Origin: Chiloscyllium plagiosum
Lineage: Eukaryota
DNA: 64,000 bases
Assembly (NCBI RefSeq): GCF_004010195.1
Contig: NC_057718.1
Location: 49,253,239-49,317,238, forward strand
Reading direction: 5' to 3'
Below, in pieces: positions 1 through 12,029 of this stretch. The translations under genes were made by a program, and so were the position numbers. The first letter of the stretch is position 1. The number at the start of each line of letters is the position of its first letter. The notes beneath the pieces are model-generated. The model did not search any database. It had not been told where the DNA came from and was given only the letters and a program-made list of their open reading frames with translations.

Positions 1-2500
1 AGGATAAATCCCATCCGGCCCAGGGGACTTATCTATTTTCAAACTCTGCAGGATTTCTAATACCTCTTCCTTGTGAACCTCAATCATACCTAGTCTAGTA
101 GCCTGTATCTCAGTAATCTCCTCGACAACATTGTCGTTTTCTAGAGTGAATACTGTCGAAAAATATTTATTTAGTGCTTCCCCTATCTCCTCTAACTCCA
201 CACACAACTTCCCACTACTATCCTTGATTGGCCCCAGTCTTACTCTTTTCATTCTTTTATTCCTTAAATACCTGTAGAAAGCCTTAGGGTTTTCCCTGGT
301 CCTATCCGCCAACAACTTCTCGTGTCTCCTCCTGGCTCTTCTGAGCTCCCTCTTTAGGTCTTTCCTGGCTGCCTTGTAACCCTCAAGCGCCCTAACTGAG
401 CCTTCATATCTCATCCTAACATAAGCCTTCTTCTTCCTCTTGACCAGAGATTCCACTTCCTTCGTAAACCACGGCTCTCAAGCTCTACAGCTTCCTCCCT
501 GCCTGACAGGTACATACTTATCTAGGACACACAGTAGCTTTTCCTTGAATAAGCTCCACATTTCTAATGCGCCTATCCCCTGCAGTTTCCATCCCCATCC
601 TATGCTTCCTAAATCTTGCCTCATCGCATCGTAATTGCCTTTCTCCCAGCTGTAACTCTTGCCCAGTGGTATACACCTATCCCTTTCTATCACTAAAGTA
701 AACATAACAGAATTGTGATCAGTATCACCAAAGTGCTCACCTACTTCCAAGTCTAACACCTGGCCGGGCTCATTATCCAGTACCAAATCTAATGTGGCTT
801 TGCCCTTGTTGGCCTGTCTACATATTGTGTCAGGAAGCCCTCCTGCACACACTGGACAAAAACTGACCCATCTATAGTACTCGTAGTATAGTGTTCCCAG
901 TCAATATTTGGAAAGTTGAAGACCCCAAGACAACTACCCTGTCTCTCTCACTCCTATCGAGCATCATCTTTGCTATCCTTTCCTCTACATCTCTGGAACT
1001 ATTCGGAGGCGTATAGAAAACTCCCAACAGGGTGACCTCTCCTTTCCTGTTTCTAACCTCAGCCCATACTANNNNNNNNNNNNNNNNNNNNNNNNNNNNN
1101 NNNNNNNNNNNNNNNNNNNNNNNNNNNNNNNNNNNNNNNNNNNNNNNNNNNNNNNNNNNNNNNNNNNNNNNNNNNNNNNNNNNNNNNNNNNNNNNNNNNN
1201 NNNNNNNNNNNNNNNNNNNNNNNNNNNNNNNNNNNNNNNNNNNNNNNNNNNNNNNNNNNNNNNNNNNNNNNNNNNNNNNNNNNNNNNNNNNNNNNNNNNN
1301 NNNNNNNNNNNNNNNNNNNNNNNNNNNNNNNNNNNNNNNNNNNNNNNNNNNNNNNNNNNNNNNNNNNNNNNNNNNNNNNNNNNNNNNNNNNNNNNNNNNN
1401 NNNNNNNNNNNNNNNNNNNNNNNNNNNNNNNNNNNNNNNNNNNNNNNNNNNNNNNNNNNNNNNNNNNNNNNNNNNNNNNNNNNNNNNNNNNNNNNNNNNN
1501 NNNNNNNNNNNNNNNNNNNNNNNNNNNNNNNNNNNNNNNNNNNNNNNNNNNNNNNNNNNNNNNNNNNNNNNNNNNNNNNNNNNNNNNNNNNNNNNNNNNN
1601 NNNNNNNNNNNNNNNNNNNNNNNNNNNNNNNNNNNNNNNNNNNNNNNNNNNNNNNNNNNNNNNNNNNNNNNNNNNNNNNNNNNNNNNNNNNNNNNNNNNN
1701 NNNNNNNNNNNNNNNNNNNNNNNNNNNNNNNNNNNNNNNNNNNNNNNNNNNNNNNNNNNNNNNNNNNNNNNNNNNNNNNNNNNNNNNNNNNNNNNNNNNN
1801 NNNNNNNNNNNNNNNNNNNNNNNNNNCCCACTGCTTTCCCCTGGTAAGTCGTCCCCCCAACAGTATCCAAAACGGTATACTTATTGTTGAGGGAATGACC
1901 ACAGGGGATCCCTGCACTGCCTGCCGGTTCCCTTTCCGTCCCCTGACTGTAACCCATTTGCCTTTTTCTTGTACCTTAGGAGTGACTACCTCCCTGTGAC
2001 TCCTCTCAATAATCCCCTCTGCCTCCCGAATGATCCGAAATTCATCTAGCTCCAGCTCCAGTTCCCTAACGCGGTTTTCAGGGAGCTGGAGTTGGGTGCA
2101 CTTCCTGCAGATGTAGTCAGCAGGGACACTAGTGGTGACCCTTACCTCCCCCATTCTACAGGAGGAACATTCAACTGCCCTAACCTCCATTCCCACTATT
2201 CTAAATTCCCAAAGAGACTGTTGAAAAAATAAGGAATAAAACAAAAACTCGTTACCTTACCAATCTGTTGCACAGACCTTTTTTTTGGTTAGAGGAGGAG
2301 GATGGGTGGGAGATACTAACCGGGTAGTGTTTCGGGTAACGCAACCACACAAATATATGACTTCCCAGAAGTCCTTCACTCCTCCCTCGCACCTCTCGGC
2401 AAATGTAGGCCCAACTCCCGAGGTAAGTCCCTTTTAATGCGGGAAAACTCACCCTTCCTGGCAGCCCTCACTTCACCACTCCTTCTCTCCTCACCATTCT
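1..2500 (-). mobile_element. CR1 LINE, 5' portion (5'UTR, ORF1, ORF2 endonuclease), running off the window start; contains assembly gap
   Basis: ORF1 MEVRAVECSSCRM...YICRKCTQLQLPENRVRELELELDEFRIIREAE (Cys zinc finger plus coiled coil; ATG at 2190). ORF2 APE endonuclease motifs VWAEVRNRKG..LLGVFYTPP and TLDLVL...EHFGDTDHNSVMF (478-1070), with frameshifts. Confidence 0.9.
1072..1826. other. Assembly gap (755 N)
   Basis: Run of N; the ORF-track calls spanning it are artefacts. Confidence 1.
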
Positions 2501-2964
2501 GGCAAAAATTCATTATCAAAATGTTTAAAGACATGTACTAAATGGGGACTGATAACCTATCACATTGTCACCCCACTGTTCACACATAAACAATCTAGAA
2601 GAAAGAGTGGAACACACTATCAAGTCAATAATAATTAATTGTTGAGCAATAAAACAAGATTTTCGCATTGCATTGCTGCATTTTCTTGCAACATCACTGG
2701 AGAAGGGACAGACATTCCCGATGCAAAATATGCTGAGAAAGCAAGTGAAAACTAAAATGTGCAACAACCATTTGTCTAACTACTCCTATTCACAGGACAA
2801 TCCTCTTCAAAGTTGGATCAGAATGAAAAAGATACATAGTGAGTGAGCAGGTAGAGGATGACCACAACTGCGAAATTGGCAGAGAGTGCAAGTTAGAAAA
2901 CAAACTATAAATTCTGGGACCTAAGCATAGGTTTCTGGAACCCAGATCTTATAAGGTCATAAAA

Positions 2965-3212
2965 ACAAAATAAAGAACTGAAACAAAGATCTGAAGATCT
3001 GAAGCAAAGAGAAACCAAAATTGCTTAAGAAACTCAGCAGGTCTGGCAGCATTTGTGGAGAGAAAGCAGAATTAATTTTTCAAGACCTGCAACCCTTTGT
3101 AAGAACGCATTTCTAATGAAGTGTCACAGAATTCAAACATCAATTCTATTTTCTTTCCACAGATGCTGCCAGACCTGCTGAGTTTCTGAAGCAGTTTCTG
3201 TTTTTGTTTCAT
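2965..3212. mobile_element. Penelope-like terminal hairpin (family C), decayed hammerhead cores
   Basis: Inverted arms aactcagcaggtctggcagcatttgtggag / ttccacagatgctgccagacctgctgagtt; same family as 53655-53863. Confidence 0.7.
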
Positions 3213-3554
3213 ACAAAGTGATTACTGATTTTAGGAGGAACAGAAGCCAACTCAGAACAATATAAGGCACAACAATCATGCCCAAAGAGAGTGAGAAAGA
3301 AGGGTCTATTGATGATGATTGTGCAGTGATATTGAGTAGCAGTAACCAGCAACAAGACAACCAAGTTTTGAAACAAGTATGATTGAAAAAAATTCATAGC
3401 TATGCAGACAGATATACGATCACCAGATGAGATGAGTCATCAAACTCAAACTCTTATGTTATTGTTTGACTTGTAAATGTTGTAAACTCTGTTTGTATAA
3501 TTATTAAATTGGTAACCAGTGCCTATGAACAACTGTGTGTAGTGTGAAAGGGTG

Positions 3555-3910
3555 GCATACTAACAAAATCAGACTACTATCTAAAGACCTGTACTCTGGA
3601 GATATGGTTTCAAATATTAACAAGGCAGCTAATGGATTTTGAATTCCGTTAATAAATCTGGAATGTAAAGCCAGCATTGTGATTGTGATCATGAAACTCA
3701 TTGACTGTTGTGAAACCCATATTTTACTAATATCCTTTAGGGAAGAAAATCTGCCATTCTTCTGCTGACTAGCCTATATGTGACTCCAGACATACCACAA
3801 AGTAGTTGTTTCTAAATGCCTTCTGAAATGGCTGAGCAAGCTACTTAGTGCAATTAGGAATGGGCATGTAATAATGGCCTCCTCAACACGCCCTGGAAGA
3901 ATTAAGAAAA
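3555..3910 (+). mobile_element. tRNA-headed SINE (~350 bp family), diverged
   Basis: B-box-like ggtttcaaat; body tcctttagggaagaaaatctgcc...tatatgtgactccagac; tail caattaggaatgggc; aligns to 18895-19243 and 52395-52752. Confidence 0.75.
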
Positions 3911-6368
3911 CAAATCTCTTCTGGATAATTCTTTGTCTTTGGAAAAACTAGATGTGTGATATCTTTTGATCAGTCTATGCAAGTATGTTTGTGACAGTAT
4001 ATGCTGGAGGCAAAACGCACAACAGCACCTGTGTATAAATTGAATTTAAATAACAGTTCATAAACTGTAAAGGAACATGTACTGGTTACACTGGTGCATA
4101 GTAGTCAGGTTCTTAGTAATTTAAAAGTGATTAAAACCCTTTCAAAGTTATGGCTCAGTGAAACCCCTTGGCTTAGATATTTCAATCATCGCGTAATTGA
4201 ACAAAAATTGCTAGGGCTTTCTCCTGGATATTTTCTTTTAATTAACAATATTTTGTTACTGTATATTTTTATCTTGTTAATCTGAGCTCATGTTGTACTC
4301 CAAAGTTTTGTTGTCATTGAGTTCTGTTTAATTGCAATAAATTGACATTTTGAATGTGACAACTGCTTTACACATTTTTCTTTTATTTTCTGTTGTTTCT
4401 TTGTCTTCCTGATACCCATTTCTGTAGAATCATGAATTTAGCGGAAGAGTTTGAATTTGGTCTAAATCTCAGTCTCAGAAGACACTGTCACATGCATCAG
4501 TCACGTACAATCATATCTCCTGGAGATAGGAAAGACGTAAAGGAAATCAAAATTAGAGGGATTTGGAACTGCACAGCATACTATTGGAGAAATGAACTAA
4601 TTGACCTGTTGTTTGTTGTTCAATTTAGACACACAACTGAAATGTTTCAAGATTAGTTGCACAAGGATATTGTCCTTCGAGTATAAAAAGGTTCAGAGGA
4701 AATGTAGCATAAGTATTTGAAATCATAAAGGTTTTAGGTAGTACAAATAAAGGGAAACTGTTTCCGACGACCTAAGTATTAATAGCAAGACAACAAGGAA
4801 TTAAAGTGATTGACAAAAGAACCAGAGGTGACAAGATGAAAAACGTTGATGCAACAAGTGTTTGGGATTTGGAATGCACTCCCTGATAATATGGAATATA
4901 GACTTAACAGTCGTTTTCAAATGGGAACTGGATAAATACATAAAGAGAGAAAAATGGAAGGACATTGCTTGCCCATCCAAGCTATTTCAGACTAATGCCC
5001 TGATTATATGAGGCCAACATACATAACATTTTTCACTTGAACACACATAGATTCTGGAAATGCCTAACAGTATTTGAGAATGCAACATTCTTCTTGGAGT
5101 CACATAATTAATAATCGAAACATTAATCATCCAACAATTGGGGTTACTCCACCTGCCTGAGGTAATTGACTGAAAGTCTAATTAAAAATGAAAGTAATTG
5201 ATAAGAGAAAGTTTTTTATTTGGAAAATTGTATTTTCTTTTAACATGAACTAATTCAAAGAGTAAATTGATACTACAGCAATGAGGCTCAACATTTCAGC
5301 ATATCTATTGTGCAAAATGTAAAAAGCATCTTCTTTCCTTTGTTACCATATCGAAGAATGGCACCAATAGGGTGAGTGTTTGACCAAGCAGGAAAGTATC
5401 AGTATAATACTCTTAAGACATTAGGGACTCCAAAGAACATCTGAAATCTGGCATCTGAAGTATGAAGGTTCAACTGAGGCAGGGATAAAATATTTTGGAT
5501 GTTATACATAGATAGACTGTCAGTGAATTAAATGGGGTCAAGGTGTGATTTTAAAAAGGGACAATGCAGATTCCATCAGCCAAGTGGCCTTTTTCCCTTT
5601 CGTACTATTATAAGCAAAGGTGCCTGGTAATACCTTTACATCTATACATAGCTACTTTTTAAGAACATTCCTGAAGGCTTGCAAAAGGGTACAATTAACA
5701 GAAACTTTCCATGATGTTCAATTTGAGGATGGAATAATTTTTCAGCAAAACATTTTCAGACAAGAGCAAACGTCAATGGAAACACAATTTGTAGTCAATA
5801 TAGCTTGCATTTGAATTTGGAATGCAATAGAATGGCAGACTCTGAACAAATTTATTTGAAAACATGAACCCAATCAAGTGCAAATTCCAGGTCATGATCA
5901 ATGATGAGAACTTGAGACCAAGTGGACTGATCATCTATTCTGGTCTGATCTCTGTACAAGCCCATGTGAAAGGGTTCACTTGTGATTGTAAGCATTGTAT
6001 GATTAAGGTTATGCAGTATCATTTCGTCCTGTACTCTGTTTAATAAGATACATTTGATGTAATCCAGTGTCAAAAACTGCCTTGGGCTTTAGTTATCCAG
6101 AGTCAAACCAACACACTGTAGAAATTGGGAATAAATGCCTACAGCTGCTTGTTTTTGATTTGATTTGATTTATTATTGTCACATGTACAGTGATACAATG
6201 AAGAGCATTGCTTTGAGCACTAACCAGACGAACCATACCTGACATCAGTACATCAGGGTAATGGAACAGAATGCAGAATATAGTGTTACAGCTACAGAGA
6301 AGGTGCGGAAAAAGATCAACTTTCATATATGAGAGATCTGTTCAAAACTCTGTAACAGTGGGGAAGAG

Positions 6369-6643
6369 CAGCGCCAGAGACCCGGGTTCAATTCCCGACT
6401 CAGGCGACTGACTGTGTGGAGTTTGCACGTTCTCCCCGTGTCTGCGTGGGTTTCCTCCGGGTGCTCCGGTTTCCTCCCACAGTCCAAAGATGTGCAGGTT
6501 AGGTGAATTGGCCATGCTAAATTGCCCGTAGTGTTAGGTAAGGGGTAAATGTAGGGGTATGGGTGGGTTTCGCTTCGGGGGGTCGGTGTGGACCTGTTGG
6601 GCCAAAGGGCCTGTTTCCACATTGTAATCTAATCTAATCTAAA
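6369..6643 (+). mobile_element. HE1-type V-SINE, 5'-truncated
   Basis: B box gggttcaattccc; V-domain ttctccccgtgtctgcgtgggtttcctccgggtgctccggtttcctcccacagtccaaag; CR1-like tail and (taatc)n. Confidence 0.9.
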
Positions 6644-7028
6644 CCTGGTTTAAAATCTGTTTGCACATGATTTCAAACTTTTGTATTTTCTGCCCAATTG
6701 AAGAGAGTGGAAGAAAGTATAACTGGGGTGGGAGGTGACTTCAATTATGTTGGCTGCTTTCCCAAGGCAGCAAGAAGTATAGACAGAGTCAATGGGAGGA
6801 AGGATGGTTTTTGTGGTGGACTGGGCTGCATTCACAACTCCCTGTAATTGTTTGCAGTCTTGGACAGAGCAGTTGCCATACCAAGCTGTGATGCATCCGG
6901 ATAGGATGCTTTCTATGGTGCATCTATAAAAATTGGTAAGAGCCATTCTGGACATGTCGGATTTCCTTAGCCTCCTGAGTAAGTAGAGGCATTGTAATGT
7001 TGATGTGGATGGACCAGGCCAAATTGTT

Positions 7029-7235
7029 TCTGGATTAGTGGTGCTGGAAGAGCACAGCAGTTCAGGCAGCATCCAAGGAGCTTCAAAATTGACGTTTCGG
7101 GCAAAAGCATTCCTGATGAAGGGCTTTTGCCCGAAACGTCGATTTCAAAGCTCCTTGGATGCTGCCTGAACTGCTGTGCTCTTCCAGCACCACTAATTCA
7201 GAATCTGGTTTCCAGCATCTGCAGTCATTGTTTTT
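7029..7235. mobile_element. Penelope-like fold-back insertion (family A) with 16-bp TSD
   Basis: Arms 7029-7108 and 7123-7202 are reverse complements; TSD accaggccaaattgtt at 7013-7028 and 7236-7251. Confidence 0.85.
7109..7145 (+). ncRNA. Minimal type I hammerhead ribozyme motif
   Basis: CTGATGA(7113-7119)-A-GGGC-TTTT-GCCC-GAAA-CGTC|GATT; core intact, palindromic stem III (ACGT), weak stem I. Confidence 0.75.
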
Positions 7236-7383
7236 ACCAGGCCAAATTGTTAGTGATGTTTACTTTTAGGAATGTGAAGTTCTCGACCACCTCCACCTCA
7301 GCACCATTTATCCAGACATGGGCATGTCCTCCACTTCCTGACATCGATGACCAGCTCCTTTGTTTTGCTGACATTGAGGGAGT

Positions 7384-7410
7384 AGCAAGTTTTGAGACGA
7401 TTTGTAGCTC
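7384..7410 (-). mobile_element. 27-bp Penelope-like terminal micro-insertion
   Basis: TSD agggagt at 7377-7383 and 7411-7417; insert resembles the terminus of the 25013 element (gatttgtagctc). Confidence 0.55.
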
Positions 7411-8599
7411 AGGGAGTGATTATTGTCTTTATGCCATGCCACTAACCTATCTATCTCCTTCCTGTGTCTGTCTTGTCATTGTTTGAAATCCAACACTCCA
7501 CAGTGGTGTCATCAGCAAATTTGCAGTCGGGAATGTACAAGGAATACAAGAAGGGGCTGGGTATGCAGCCTTGTGGACCACAGGTACTGAGGTTTATTAT
7601 GAAGGCGGTGTTGTCACCTATCCTTACTGATTGTGGTCTGCAGGCCAGGAAGTTGAGAATCCAGTTGTGGGGGTGGGAAGCAGAGTCCTAGGTCTTGAAA
7701 TTTAGAGATGAATTTTATAGCAATTATGGTGTTGAAGGCGGAGCTAAAGTCAATAAATAGGAGTCTGATGGAAGTCTCCATGATATCCATATGTTTCGGG
7801 GATAAGTGTACGGCCAGGAAGATGGCATCTGCCATATACTCATTATGATGGTATGAGAATTGTAGCAGATCAAGCCAATCTGGAAGGCTGGAGTCGATGT
7901 GAGCCACTACTAACCTCTCAAAGCACTTCATAATGATGGATGTCAGAGCCAGATGTCAGTTGATAGGTATTAAGGCAAGCTGCTTAGGTTTTCCTCTGGC
8001 ACCAGTTTGATAGTGGTCTTCTTGAAGCAGGGAGGAATGCTCAGATCTGAGAGGTTCAAGATGCGTGCAAATACACCCACTAGCGAGTCTGCACAGGATT
8101 CAAGTGCACAGCCAGGGACTCCATCAGGTCCAGTTGCTTTCCATGGGTTCACCCTTGAGAAGGCTAGCCTGACATTTGCTGCGTTGACTGTGGGTACAGA
8201 TGTACCTGAGGCTGTCAGAGCAGGTAGAGTACATTGAGCTCATCAGGGAGGGATGCACTGTTGTCAGCATTATACTCAACTTCTCTTTGTAGCCCATTAT
8301 ATAGGGTAAGTGTTTCCACCATCAACCTGTGTTCACATGGTTAGGCTGGGGCTCTAATTTAGTCTAGTATTGTTTCTTGGCATCCCTGATGGCTTTGCAA
8401 AAGTCATACCTAGATCTCCTGAATAAGTCAGCGTCACCTAACTTGAATGTCTAGACTACAGTAGGTTCCTCCATGGTTTCTGTTTGGGGAATAATCTGAT
8501 TAATTTATTTGGCACATAGTTAGACTTACTGATGCAGTCTGTGATGGTGGTGGCATACTCATTTAGGTTGCCTGCTGAATTCTTGTATATGGATCAGTC

Positions 8600-9150
8600 A
8601 TTGAGTCATAGAGTCATAGAGATGTACAGCACGGAAATGGACCCTCCCAACCTGTCCATGCCAACCAGATATCTTAAATTAACCTAGTCCAATTTGCCAG
8701 CACCCAGCACCCTTCCTATTCATGCACCCACCCAGATGCCTTTTAAATGTTATAATTGTACTAGCCTCCACCACTTCCATTGGTAGTTTATTCCATGCAT
8801 GCACCACTCTCTGTGTGAAAAAGTTGCCCCTTAGGTCCCTTTTAAATCTTACCCCTCTCACCCTAAATCTACACCATCTATTTCTGGACTCCCCCACTCT
8901 AGGGAAAAGACCTTAGCTATTCACCCCATCCATGCTCCCTCATGATTTTATAAACCTCAATAAGGTCATCCCCTCAGCCTCTGATGCTCCAGGGAAAACA
9001 GGCCCAGCCTTCTCAGCCTTTCCCTATAGCTCAAGCCCTCTGACCCTGCAACATCCTTGTAAATCTTTTCTGAACCCTTTCAAAATTCACAACATCCTTC
9101 CTATAGCAGGGAGACAGGGATTGCACACAGTACTCCACATTTGGCTGAAT
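8600..9150 (-). mobile_element. CR1 LINE 3' fragment
   Basis: RFKRDLRGNFFTQRVVHAWNKLP...FKRHLG; (ctatgact)n tail at ~8600-8622. Confidence 0.9.
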
Positions 9151-9843
9151 CAACTCCAACCAATCATGTTGGAGCTTGTCTGTTATTGCAGACTAGTATT
9201 GTAAGGCATTCTGTACCAGATCCTACAGCTTCAGGTTCTGCTTGTAACCTGGGAGAAGGAGCACACTGTTATGTATTTACCAAAATATAGGTGGGGGATG
9301 AAGTGGTAGATATCTTTAATGTTTATGCAGCAAAGGTCCAGGGTGTTTAGACCTCTGTGGGGGTCAGGAGGTGTGTTGGTGGTATCTGATAGCACACTCT
9401 TGAGTTTGGCCTAGTTGAAGTTACCGACTACAATGATCAATGCCTCGGGGTTTTCTGTCTCAAGGCTATTTGCTGTGGCGTACCTTTCATCAAGTGCGCT
9501 CTTCACATCCTCATGGGTTAGGATGTAAAGTGTTGTCAGGATAGCAGAAGTAAACTCCCACGGCAGGTAGTAGGTATGCTATGTCACTGTTAGATATTTT
9601 AGATCCGAGAAGCAGTAACTCCCCAGAGTCCTCACATCCAAACATCAAGAAGTGATGATCAGGAGGTAGACCCCACTTTCCCTTGCCTTGCCTGAGGACA
9701 CCGTGTGGTCCATCTGGTGGATTGAGAAGCCTTCAGGTTGTAAGGTACAGTCAGGTGTAGCAGGAGTGAGCCATGTCTCTGTAAAACAAAGCACACAGCA
9801 GCCTCTCAATTCCCTTTGGTAAGTGAGTCTAGCTTTAAGTTTG

Positions 9844-10152
9844 AGAGTGTGTTGCTGGAAAAGCACAGCAGGTCAGGCAGCATCCGAGGAGCAGGAGAAT
9901 TGACGTTTCGGGCCAGAGCCCTTCATCAGGAAATCCACACTCTCAACTCTAATCTCCAGCATCTGCAGACCTCACTGTCTCCTCGTTGATTTTAACCTTA
10001 CTGTGAAGCCTCTTCCAAGGATGCCTACCTTGAAGAAGTTCTCCTCCTCTCTCTACAAAGATCTCAGTGAGTCCCTCTCTCACTGGACTCCCCAAGCCCT
10101 TTCCTACACACTCTCAACTCTTATCTCCAGCATCTGCAGACCTCACTGTCTC
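9844..10152. mobile_element. Penelope-like composite insertion (family A) with 15-bp TSD
   Basis: TSD ctagctttaagtttg at 9829-9843 and 10153-10167; inverted terminal arm, then a ~48-bp direct repeat (9936-9983 / 10106-10153) flanking a putative ORF start. Confidence 0.8.
9897..9932 (-). ncRNA. Minimal type I hammerhead ribozyme motif
   Basis: Minus strand reads CTGATGA-A-GGGC-TCTG-GCCC-GAAA-CGTC|AATT. Confidence 0.72.
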
Positions 10153-12029
10153 CTAGCTTTAAGTTTGTCTGTCTTCTTTTCAATAGCTTGGACATTTGCC
10201 AGCAGTATGCTAAGGAGGGAGGAATTGAAACTAAGTTGTTTCAGTCTCACCCGCAGGCTGGTGCATCTTTCGCATTTCCTGGTTAAGTGGCTGTTTCTGA
10301 TCAGGCCCAGGAGTTGGTGCGGATGGTCTGCTGTTCTGGAAGGTAAGTGAGCATGTCCGATGGGATCCTAGGCATCGGTTGTGGTGTTGGGCATTCCAGA
10401 GGTCTTGTACTCGATCTGCTCGGGCCTCGATGTCAGGTCTCCATGTGGTTGGGTAGGGCATCATATCCATGTTGGGTCAACTTCACACAGCTAGGTTGCT
10501 GATTGAGAAGCTGATAAGTAGCTGGCGACTTCATTGTCGCAGAGGCGACAACCTTGGCCTTACAACTTGGCAAATGAGCATGTTAATCAGCTACACTCTG
10601 AACCATGTCTCGAAGTGTCAGAACTTGTTAGCTTCTGTTTCTCGTCTTGTGATGAAAGGTGTTTATTGTACAACAATCTTTTAATTAATCAGCACCAATG
10701 GAATTAGGAATGTACTGGTATATCACACAATCAATGTAAAAACACACAGTAAGTAGAGAAACGTCATGCAGGGGGTATACATATGACTGTTAGACTTATT
10801 TAAATAAATATGCTGTAAATTAAAATTACAACTTTGCCTTAAATAAAATTTACTGGCAAAAATCCTTCTCTCTTGAACTTCAACTGACAACTCAGATATC
10901 GCAGTAGATCAAATATAGTAAACAACCAATATTTCAGAGCTATAATTTTTGCTGGTTTATTGAGAGTGCTGGTTCATAAGGTGCCAGTTAAAACAAACTG
11001 GCTGTGTTTTGTATTTTGGGATTTGATATTCAAAATAGAAGCAGATGGATACGGATCAGACAAATCTGTGAAGAATTTTTTTTCAACAGGTCAGAAAGTA
11101 ATTCAGAACATTGATTTAATCCATTAATTTCAATGTGGCCACAGTCAAGTGCCTGGTAGGATTCCCTTTGGTTTTAATGGATAAAACGTTTACACTGTTG
11201 ATTTTATGACAGATAGGGTCAAGGCCAATAGTTCACATTTGACCTCTGTACAGAAAGTTCAAGATGTCGACACAAAAAAATCGGGAGTTGAATTCAGAAG
11301 CAGGTTTTAGTTTTCTCTGAGCGAGAGGAGCAAAACTTTAGTTCAGGGAAATCAGTTACTATAGGCAAAGTATCTAAGTTTTGTGAACTTTCTGAGGCAG
11401 AATAGCTTGGATAGAAATCTTCAAGTTGTTGGAACTGTAAAAGTTTACATTATCAGAATTGTGAAATGCCAGAGAGACCACAGTAAAGAGATCCCCACCT
11501 TTCACCCCAGTTTACTGAGAGGGTCTTGGCACACTTACCTGATGGACTTTGACACTGTAGGTTCACCATGTTACTAATGTCCAAGTACAGGGGCATATGT
11601 TCTGCATGGGGTTCAGCAAATTCCAATCCCCATCAGTGTCAGTGAAACACTGGACATTTCTTTCTTCACTTGCTGTAAACACATCTTCGTGATGCACTCA
11701 CCAGACTGTGTCTCTGACTCTGCTCCAGCTACAGTGCCCATTGAGATGACAGTCTCTGTGTTGATGAAGGGTGCATTTGAATGCCTTACCAGTGCATCCT
11801 TTGAGGGTTCTTAGACTTCATCATCAGAGGTGGGACTCATGCTGGACAGCTTTGAGCTCACTTGTGTTTAACTGTTGTGCATTTGTACATTTGCAGAAGT
11901 AAAGAGAGCATTATTTGAAGAAGAATCTCAAACACTTGTGTAAATATTATCTGGGAGTAGCTGTATATCTGAGAAGAGGAGACAATGATCCCCATTGGCT
12001 TTACTCAGGCTGATCTCTCTGTTGGTGCA

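Larger units (their letters stand above)
6152..10480 (-). mobile_element. Rex1/Babar LINE, near full length, decayed, with five nested insertions
   Basis: Endonuclease start LLSILLANVQAIE..KLKARLTYQRELRGCCVLCFTETWL; RT motifs KATGPDGVP, MKCFERLV, LFIDFSSAFNTI; C-terminal LTNFYRCTIESILSGCITAWYGNC; 3' tail (aatca)n at ~6152-6170. Confidence 0.9.

Noticed and set aside
872..2244. Long ORFs of 271-391 aa
   Set aside because: Their length comes from the N gap; the real parts are CR1 ORF1 and ORF2 fragments.
4429..4540. Possible exon after a pyrimidine tract (MNLAEEFEFG...)
   Set aside because: No good donor and no recognisable protein similarity.
7029..7202. Hairpins interpreted as pre-miRNAs or DNA-transposon MITEs
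   Set aside because: Multi-copy, variable-length TSDs, asymmetric 3' extensions and hammerhead cores fit Penelope-like retro-insertions better.
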